Notes under the pieces: model-generated | Seen by the model: only the letters and a program-made list of their open reading frames with translations | The model's database searches: none | What the model was told of the DNA's origin: nothing | Translations under genes and position numbers: made by a program | Shown here: positions 54,327 to 64,000 of the stretch, in pieces | Position numbering within the stretch: the first letter of the stretch is position 1 | Layout: every line of letters starts with the position of its first letter | Source of the DNA: Rhizophagus irregularis | Lineage: Eukaryota | Assembly (NCBI RefSeq): GCF_026210795.1 | Contig: NC_089433.1 | Coordinates: 1,116,001 to 1,180,000, forward strand | DNA length: 64,000 bases | Direction of reading: 5' to 3'

Positions 54327-56002
54327 TTTAAAAAAAAAAACAAACAAACAAACAAACAAACACGATACGGCTCTATAACAGAGTGCAATCTATCCTAAAA
54401 CAAATAAAACTAAACTGCACCTAACTAAAATACTATCTACTAGTGATTACTATGCAGGGAAAAAAAACGCGAGAGAAAATTTGTTATAAAACTGAAAATT
54501 CAGACGGAGCCCAACAGCCCCACGTCCATTAGCAATTATCCCAACTTCTTCCCCCATCAAGTTTATCCCTATAAAAAAAAAGAAAAAATTAGTTATAGTA
54601 TGCTAACCCTATCTAGATTCTATAATATTATTTCGTTTGCATCTAAAAAATTTTTTATCGGTAAATTTTTTAACGTGAAATCACGTGACTTCGATTTTAA
54701 GATGCAAAAATCCGTCATTTAATATCCGTCCTCGCCTCAATTTATCCTTGCTTCTTCACTTTCTTTGTTACTTCTTCCTTCTTCACTTCTCTCTTCTGTG
54801 GTGACTCCAAGATTGGTCGTTTCTCTCCGATTTCTTTTTCGCCTGTCTTGCGATTTTCGTCCTTTAGTCTTTTTTTGAAATCATCATTAAGTGTGGTGTG
54901 TTCTTTAATACTTATTGTTTCTTTACTTCTATTGTTATTATAATTATATACTTACATTATATTTTCAATTTACTAGAAAAAATTTTTTGTTAGTTCAACA
55001 TCTTTTGTTTTATTATTATTAGTTGTTACTTGATACATTATTTGTTTTATCCCTATTTCTAGAAAAAGTCTAATAAATAATTATTTTTATGGGTATTATT
55101 CCAAAAAACTTGTATATATGATCAACTAGTAATAAAAATTTTTATTGGATACAAATTAAAAAATCAATTATCAAATGTGAGGTATTAAGATTGTTAAGAA
55201 GATTATTTACAAGACAAAGATAACCTTCTGAATTGAATGGACAAATGTAAAATTAATTGCTTTTTTGTCACTTAGATATGCTGGATATTTTCCATATACA
55301 TCTTTTGAAAAAAAGAAATTCATGATAAACTCGTAAATGACTACTGAAATAATTTTACAAATGCTGTAAACAAAAAAGTTCTAAAAAATATTTTACGATT
55401 TGACTATTGGACTGCCTGTTAGTGCCTATTATAAAGTTAAAATAATTATGTATAATTATATATAATGTAGTCTTAATAATATAATTTCTTAAATGTATAA
55501 ATGATATTTTTTTTAATTAATATTAAGAATAAAATTAACAATATAAATAAAATACAATTAGCCATTGAAGTGAATATAAAAAATTTTACATTATTTATTT
55601 TAATTTTTTATTTTGATAATTTATACTTAACATTTGGAAAAGTTAAAAAAAAAAGATTTATTTAAATTACAAACTAAGAAATTTGTAAAGTATTTACTAC
55701 TCTAGTCTTAATGTTTAAATAATTCTAAAAAAAGAGAATACATATGAATAAAATATAAAAAAAACGGAATTATTTAAATTACAAACTAAGAATATTGTAA
55801 AATATTTTACTAGTACTCTAGCCTTGGTGTTTAAATAAATCTAAACAACAATTTCTGTTAAATGCATGATATCAAATATCACATAAAAAAACTATAAATT
55901 CTTATAAAAACACGATTATTTTTTATCTGTTTTAAATAATTAAATAAATAAAATTAATTTCACATAAATAATTTGCAAAATTAATTCTTTTTATATACTA
56001 TA

Positions 56003-59000
56003 TTACATACCTAATGACTTCAAATTAACTATACAATCATCCAAATCTTTACTTACTAGCATTTCATTCACTTTTACACTATCTTGTGATTCTTCATTTT
56101 CTTCATTCACTTTTCCACTAGTAGATTGACTTCTACTTTTAAGAATTTCATTTAACTGTTTACTAGTAAAATCATGTAAACGACTTGTATAATATGCATG
56201 TGGATGAGATTCAGTAGCAAGATTATTGTTTTGCCCAACTGGTGCATTTATAAATTCCATAATGTTGCTTTTTAATTCTTCACTGACTTCATAAGGACGG
56301 AAAATCCAATTCCTAATAATTTTTAATACTTCTCTAGAAGATGGCCTTTTTAATGGGTTTTCATCCCAACACCTTTTCATCAAATCTACATAACATTGTG
56401 GAATATTTTCAATAATTTCAGGACGTTCATCTTCACAAATGCCTAAACTAAGTTGAAGATCATGTGCTCTATTATTAAATGGTGGTATTCCAGATGTAAA
56501 TTCCCACATAATCATAGAAAAACTATATATATCACTAGCTGGAGTATAAGGTTTGCCTCTTAAAACTTCAGGAGCCATAAATGGTATGACACCATGAATA
56601 TCATACTTTTTCAAAAACGATTTTACAGATTGACATAATCCTAAATCACTAATATAAATCTTATAGACATCCACACCATAATCATGATTTAAAATATTAC
56701 CATCATGAAAATCACAATGAATAAGATTTTTTTCATGTATCTTATCAAGTCCAGAAATAATTTCGTACAACATATATAATTTTTGATTCCAATTATTTTT
56801 GGCTATACTTATTAAATTTTCTCTTAAATTACCTTTATTTGCATGATCCATTACTACCATATATTTTGAAGTATTTGGATCTTTTGTAAATCCATAAAAA
56901 TCTATAATATTGAAATCAGATACAACACTTGCATGATGTTTCCACTATAAAAAGTAATAATAGTTTATTAATATAAATAAATTTAATTTAAATTAAAAAT
57001 AGAAAATAATATACTATCATACTTCTTTCAAAAATTCATTTAAATTTTCATTTAAATTCTTGTGACATTTAAAAATTACTTCAACCTCTTCATCTTTATC
57101 TCTGTTATTCCTTAACCAAATAGCACTGTATATAGTACCAAATCCTCCTTCATTAAGATATTCAACATTTTTAAATTTGTCATAAGGAATCCATCTTAAT
57201 CCTTCTTTAATAATAAAATCATCTATAATTGCATTTCCACTTTTCCCAAATCTATAAATTTAAATAATTAAAATTATATTATAGATTGTATTGTAATTTA
57301 TACAAAATAAATTATTACTTACTCTAAAATTTAAATTAGGGATTTAATGAAATATAAGTCTTAATTTTTAGATAAATACATATAATAACCTATGATTTAC
57401 AACTTACCAACTAAAGTAACAGATATTGATATTTTTCAAATAAAAGAATTCAGTTAACAAATAAATATTATATAAAACATATAACAATAGAGATACTTAC
57501 AAACTAGATCATAAATAATTTTTAAATAAAGAGATTAGATAATTTAAATTATATCATTATATGTAAATATTATAACAATAAGTAACAATAGAATTAAATA
57601 AATAACTTACTCTCTATATTATTTAATAATTTTTTAAATAAAGAAATTAGATAGTTTAAATTATATGTAAATATTAAAACAATAAGTAACAATAGAATTA
57701 AATAAATAACTTACCATCTATAAAATAATTTTTTAAATAAAGAAATTAGATAGTTTAAATTATATGTAAATATTATAACATTAAGTAATAATAGAATTAA
57801 ATAAATAACTTACACCCTATATCATTTAATAATTTTTTAAATAAAGAAATTAGATAGTTTAAATTATATGTAAATATTATAACAATAAGTGACATTAGAA
57901 TTAAATAAATAACTTACCATCTATAAAATAATTTTTTAAATAAAGAAATTAGATAGTTTAAATTATATGTAAATATTATAACAATAAGTAATAATAGAAT
58001 TAAATAAATAACTTACACCCTATATCATTTAATAATTTTTTAAATAAAGAAATTAGATAGTTTAAATTATATGTAAATATTATAACAATAAGTAATAATA
58101 GAATTAAATAAATAACTTACACCCTATATCATTTAATAATTTTTTAAATAAAGAAATTAAATAATTTAAATTATATGTAAATATTATAACAATAAGTAAT
58201 AATAGAATTAAATAAATAACTTACTCTCTATATTAATTTAATAAATAAAGAAATTAGATAGTTTAAATTATATGTAAATATTATAACAATAAGTAATAAT
58301 AGAATTAAATAAATAAATCATGACTTACCAACTAAATTAAATTACAAAATAATTTTTTAAATAAAGAAATTAGATAGTTTAAATTATATGTAAATATTAA
58401 AACAATAAGTAACAATAGAATTAAATAAATAACTTACCATCTATAAAATAATTTTTTAAATAAAGAAATTAGATAGTTTAAATTATATGTAAATATTATA
58501 ACAATAAGTAATAATAGAATTAAATAAATAACTTACACCCTATATCATTTAATAATTTTTTAAATAAAGAAATTAGATAGTTTAAATTATATGTAAATAT
58601 TATAACAATAAGTAATAATAGAATTAAATAAATAACTTACACCCTATATCATTTAATAATTTTTTAAATAAAGAAATTAAATAATTTAAATTATATGTAA
58701 ATATTATAACAATAAGTAATAATAGAATTAAATAAATAACTTACTCTCTATATTAATTTAATAAATAAAGAAATTAGATAGTTTAAATTATATGTAAATA
58801 TTATAACAATAAGTAATAATAGAATTAAATAAATAACTTACTATCTATAAATAATTTAATAAATAAAGAAATTAGATAGTTTAAATTATATGTAAATATT
58901 ATAACAATAAGTAATAATAGAATTAAATAAATAACTTACTCTCTATATTAATTTAATAAATAAAGAAATTAGATAGTTTAAATTATATGTAAATATTATA

Positions 59001-60157
59001 ACAATAAGTAATAATAGAATTAAATAAATAAATCATGACTTACCAACTAAATTAAATTACAAAATAATTTTTTAAATAAAGAAATTAGATAGTTTAAATT
59101 ATATAAATTATATGTAAATATTATAACAATAAGTAATAATAGAATTAAATAAATAACTTACACCCTATATCATTTAATAATTTTTTAAATAAAGAAATTA
59201 GATAGTTTAAATTATATGTAAACATGAATATTATAACAATAAGTAATAATAGAATTAAATAAATAACTTACCATCTATTTAAATAAAGAATTTAGTTAGT
59301 TTAAATTATATGTAAATATTATAACAATAAGTAATAATAGAATTAAAATAAATAACTTACTATCTATAAATAATTTTTTAAATAAAGAATTTAGTTAGTT
59401 TAAATTATATAAATAATAATAAAAAAACTAGATATCTATAACTTACACCCTAGTGTTGTTAATTAATTATTAGTTAAGTATAAATATAATATAAAATTAT
59501 TTACTGTAAATTAAATATATCACTTACAAACTAGTTGTTTAAATTAAGAATATAATTAGTTGAGTTATATAAAATATTAAACAAATAAATATGATATTAT
59601 AACTTACCTTCTGTAATACAATAATTATTAAATAGTTAATTAAATAAAGAATTTAGTTATTTGAATATTATGTAAAATAAACAAAGTAAAGAATTAAAAT
59701 TTAAATAACTAATAACTTACTGACTATAGTATTATTAATCATTAAATGAATTATTTAATTACATAAAATGTAATAAAAATGATAAGTAAATCCATTATTA
59801 TTCAATTATAAGATAACCTATTAACTTACAATCTATATTTGTATATTATATAAGGTGTAATTATAGATAGTATTTAAATGCATTTACAAATAAAAATTTA
59901 ATATTTTAGCATGTTTAATATACCTATAGATTCCTTGGTACAACTTTTTTCAAATTCTTCAAAGCCACTTTCTTTGAATTCCTCGAATTCCTCAGAGCCA
60001 CTTCCTTCAAATTCTTCAGTACTGCTTCCTTCAAGTTCAATATTACCAGAAACTAGTTTTATTATATTATAAATTTGTTTAAAATATTAGAATTCTAATT
60101 GTATTAAATGTTTATATTATATATATGATTATTACCCTTATCATTATTAAGAGCCAT
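56003..60157 (-). CDS. Tyrosine-kinase-like protein kinase with a micro-exon-encoded N-terminal segment (30 exons, 465 aa predicted)
   Basis: Exons 60157-60136 (MALNNDK), 60052-59924 (acidic), 25 three-nt exons, a 1-nt exon at 57323, 57251-57023 (FGKSGNAIIDDFI...WIPY...EGGFG...VIFK) and 56944-56003 (HCDFHDGN, DLG, MAPE, DIYS). Total 1398 nt, open throughout. The kinase exons are certain; the 5' model is inferred from splice signals. Confidence 0.8.
57323..59832 (-). repeat. Tandem intron + micro-exon array (units about 80-118 bp)
   Basis: Exons in transcript order (lowest coordinate given): ATT 59830, TCA 59721, AAG 59608, TTT 59528, GGT 59447, ATA 59361, ATG 59272, GGT 59162, TTG 59044, AGA 58940, ATA 58842, AGA 58745, GGT 58641, GGT 58537, ATG 58438, TTG 58329, AGA 58225, GGT 58121, GGT 58017, ATG 57918, GGT 57814, ATG 57715, AGA 57611, TTT 57501, TTG 57408, A 57323. 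Each is YAG-exon-GTAAGT. Confidence 0.88.
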
Positions 60158-60664
60158 TACTATATAATTATATTAAAATTCTTTCTTACTGGAAAAAAGA
60201 ATGATAATGTAAATATCTTTTTTATTATTAAACGCCTTTATTAATATAGGTATATATGGTGATAATATTTATGCAAAATGCATTATGCATGTATAACAAA
60301 CAAATTTTGCACATATATCTCAATCATTGTTGCACAGCAAAATCATAAAGCAAAGAAAAATTTCTTAATACATACTAGTTATAAAATCAGTTTTCATATT
60401 CTGGCCAGGTCAGTAAATTACAAATTCAAAAATTTTTTATAATTTTAATTTTTTTTTATATTAAGATAATTGGCCAATAAAAATAGTTTATATTTTATAA
60501 TATCATAATAACATGAAATCAATATCATCAATATCATAATAAATTGAGGCGGATAAATATTGCTTTAAAGAAAATTTCTTATTCGGATAAATGGAAAAAA
60601 AAAAATGTTAGCAATTTTATTTATTTTATTTTGTTAATTTTTATTTTAGAAAGTTTTTACTTCA

Positions 60665-60785
60665 AATCACCGGGAGTGATCATCACCGTTGGCCAGAATT
60701 ATCAATTTTTACCGGCACTATATTCATTGTAATGCTGGTCAATCGTCATAATTTCAGTCACCGGTGATCATCACCTCCCGATGAT
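60665..60785. mobile_element. Small hairpin/MITE upstream of the micro-exon kinase
   Basis: ATCACCGGGAGTGATCATCACCG is imperfectly inverted as CGGTGATCATCACCTCCCGATGAT. Confidence 0.55.
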
Positions 60786-62195
60786 AGTTAGTAAAATTCT
60801 TTCAGATAATCATTATTATTAAAGGTCATAATATTAACTTCCAAATCGGTATCCTAATATAATTTATTCTTTTAGGACATAAATTGAATATAAATAAATG
60901 ATTAAATTTTGAATTTAAAAAAAGAATAATGATTAATTTACAAAATTAATTTATTTAAAAACGATTTCTGATGAATAAAAAGATTTAAGATCTCAAGTAA
61001 TTAATATGCACTTTGTTTATTATAATTTTTGTATATTTCTTAATCCATTAATCATTTACGCGTTTATTCTGTTTTATTTCTTTGTATAAGATATTATTTA
61101 TATTTAAGATAAGTATACTAGAAACTGGAAAAGTATATTAACAAAATTTATTTAATAATATTAAAATATAGTATTAAATAATGTATATCACCTTTTACAA
61201 AATTTTACTATGAATATTAACTTGTAAGAAATATTGGTGCGCAAATTTTTCAAAAATTAAGAGTAAACTGATCTTCTAACAGTGGTCGTAATTCTATCGA
61301 GGGATACAGTACCTTAAATCAATAAAGTTGCATATTTCAAGTTTTACATCAAAATCGACAGATATTTTACATTGTTTTTGTTTTTGATCGGGTATAACTA
61401 AACCTTGTTATATTTATATTTTAACAATTTCAACTTGCTACTAACATTTTATAATTTTTTGCGTACTATCTATCACATGACATAATTAATATTCTGAAAT
61501 ATATTTAATTACAAGAAATATTTATAAATAGCGTTAAAATTTTATTAGTTCAATATATATAAAGCTCTTCTCGGACTTAGAAGATAATTTTAATTTTTTT
61601 TATTTGTTGCTGCTGACTACTAGTTATTGATTCCAAAATGATGACATTTTCGAAATTGTAGTGGAAGACGCAACCTTTGATGACCCAAATAAAGATTCAA
61701 TACCTTCAACATTCTTATAGCCAATATATCATCATTCAGTTTGTTATCATCTATGTTAAATAGTCATTTTTAATAAGTTTTATTTAAATAAGATCAATTT
61801 AAATTATTTTTATTTTTTTTACGTAAATATATTAATAATAAAAATGTTTGTGAAACTGTTATATTTGTAATTCAACTAAATTTGTTAAAACTTTATCAAA
61901 ATATAATTATCTGTTCTGAAATGCATTTTTAACCGATTAAATTGATTAATTAATTAAATGAGATACCTTAATTGGTTAACCAACTTAATCGATTAATTAA
62001 TCGATTAATCTCCAACTTCTAAAAATTTAATCAATGTGTTCTATCACAAAAGTAAAGTTGCAAAATAAAAAAATTAAAACGAGTTTTATTAGTTTTATTA
62101 AGAATTTATCTGTAAAATTTTGAAACTTAAAAACAAATAATTGTTCTATTATAATATAATGTAATTTTCTTTGTTTTGTTAAGTGAACATGTACC

Positions 62196-62428
62196 AGGAC
62201 CCAGAAATATATATAAAAGGGTCAGGTTTGAGTTTGCGTATTTTGAACTAAAAAAATCATGAAAATCTTTCCTTTTTTAGATAATTTTTGATAATGCCAG
62301 TCAGAATTTTATTCCCTATTATAGTAACTGACTGGCATTATCATAATTCCGGCACTGAAAAAATGCGTACAGCTCATAGTAAAAAATTTTTTCATCACCT
62401 GACCCCTATATATATATTTCTGGGTCCT
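62196..62428. mobile_element. MITE with 8-bp TSD (hAT-like TSD length)
   Basis: TIR AGGACCCAGAAATATATATA...GGGTCAGGT / ACCTGACCCC..TATATATATTTCTGGGTCCT; TSD CATGTACC. Confidence 0.85.
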
Positions 62429-64000
62429 CATGTACCACTGCAAGTTAAAACTTTTTAACCATGTTTTATTGTAAGTACCATAGTTCAACCTCTTCACAAA
62501 ATACCATAACTTTTATAAAAGCCCAAGAAGCTGCAACGCAGTGTTTCAATTTGTTTATCCGCAATCCGTATTCGTGGACGGATATCCACCATTTACGGTG
62601 TAATGCCGAAATTTACCTAATGAATTTATTAAATGTGGGGCGTAGTATTATATTTAGTTTAAATGTGTAATGAATATATAGGTAGCATGACAACTGATAC
62701 ATTTTCGATTCGGTTTACAGTAATTCAAATATGAATTGTTGTTACTGTTGTACATCAATAACGTCATCACATGTTCACTTTCTAATAAAATAAAGTAACA
62801 AAGGAAATGTAGATCAGATAATACAAGAATTACGTAATTATGTACTGTACATTGCGATAATAGTTAAGGATTTATGGAGTAATATCAATAATGAAAAGAT
62901 AATCTTCAGAATTATGAATTTTGTATAGAAATAATGAAAGAAAAGTTTAGAATATTTTTTTAAAAAGGAAATTAATTATAACAGGATGAAATTAACTTAG
63001 CCCAAAATATCTAAATTGAATAAATTAAGACACAGATCAAAATGAAACTTTAAAAATTTTAAAAGGGATTAATTTTGGAATTAAAAAGGGTAAATATTAG
63101 TAAGCGGGAAAATTGAATTATTTTATTAAGGATTTTGTTTTATTCTGATAGTATTTATTAATGTATTAATAAGCATAAAATGAGAAATATAACTATCAAA
63201 GTTTGACATTTGAAATTTAGGAAGTTGGGATTTTATTAATGATTTAGAATTTTGAATAAGAGATTATAAATGTCTACGCATTATGAAAAATGCTCAATCA
63301 CGTGAGTTTCTCTGTCCCTCATGTGACATCATCCAATGAAATCGCAAATGCGAGGTTTATCTTTTTAATCGCACTGGACTTCATTTCCTAGTTTATCAGT
63401 AGTTAAAAATTGTATAGTCTTTATTGATAATCATAGCGGAACCATCAATGATATCTACTTCCCTATGAAATAACTAACATTCCTATCAAAGTTGATAAGC
63501 ACAAATCAATCAAATCATAGATAAAATTACGTAAGTAAAAAAGTATAAATTTAATAATTACATAAGCTAATTCTAATTATAATATTATAAGCAACCTTTA
63601 TTATTGTTAAATAGGATAAATACAGTTATTACAGTTTATCTTACAGCCAAATAGGATTAATTAATATTGATGTTTTCTCATACTAAATAATATGTAAAAG
63701 TTAAAAGGACCTGTCATGTTAACATATACAATTATTATTGGTTATATTGTGGAACTGTAGAGTTTTACGCTTGCTTAAATAATTCACAATCTCGAATTGG
63801 TAAAATTTAAAAAATCCGCTGCAAAAATTTTTAAAAGAAAAAAAATATTTTTATACAAAATGTCAGAATTTTTTTTTTTTTTGAGATCAGAGTATCGTAG
63901 CGGCCCATTTCGGATATTTAACAGAACAATAGGGAAAACTTCACGAGAACTATAATGTATATTTATAAATAAAGTAAAAAATTATTTAAATTACAAACTA

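Noticed and set aside
55920..56012. Extra terminal exon of the kinase via the GTATGT donor at SLG
   Set aside because: No convincing acceptor was found and the unspliced frame ends at a normal stop; left unresolved.
57300..59900. CRISPR-like or plain satellite interpretation of the repeat array
   Set aside because: The variable part is only 3 nt and is bounded by spliceosomal signals; there are no cas genes and the context is eukaryotic.
60544..62670. Short ORFs 60544-60732, 62309-62497 and 62461-62670
   Set aside because: They overlap MITEs or AT-rich spacer and show no recognisable protein motifs.

Overview
Very AT-rich eukaryotic DNA with spliceosomal GT-AG introns. The gene families (F-box/RNI-like repeats, HxDFHxGN tyrosine-kinase-like kinases, Sel1-kinase, eukaryotic RdRP) point to an arbuscular mycorrhizal fungus (Glomeromycota, Rhizophagus-like); this taxonomy is inference. 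Contents: a tandem F-box/LRR-like cluster at 1-22.3 kb (four intact copies, one partial, one inverted pseudogene, remnants); two RNase H-bearing LINE relics; hAT and Harbinger transposase relics; an apparently intact MULE with TIRs and a 9-bp TSD; many MITEs; a frameshifted Sel1-kinase; an RNAi-type RdRP; a frameshifted HSP20. Main discovery: the apparent ~100-bp satellite at 57.3-59.9 kb is, on the minus strand, an array of 25 consecutive 3-nt micro-exons plus one 1-nt exon. Each is bracketed by YAG and GTAAGT, most with an upstream CTAAY-like branch site. Splicing all of them joins an ATG exon at 60157 in frame, without stops, to a complete kinase domain (465 aa). The gene model was derived by hand from sequence alone and needs transcript confirmation.
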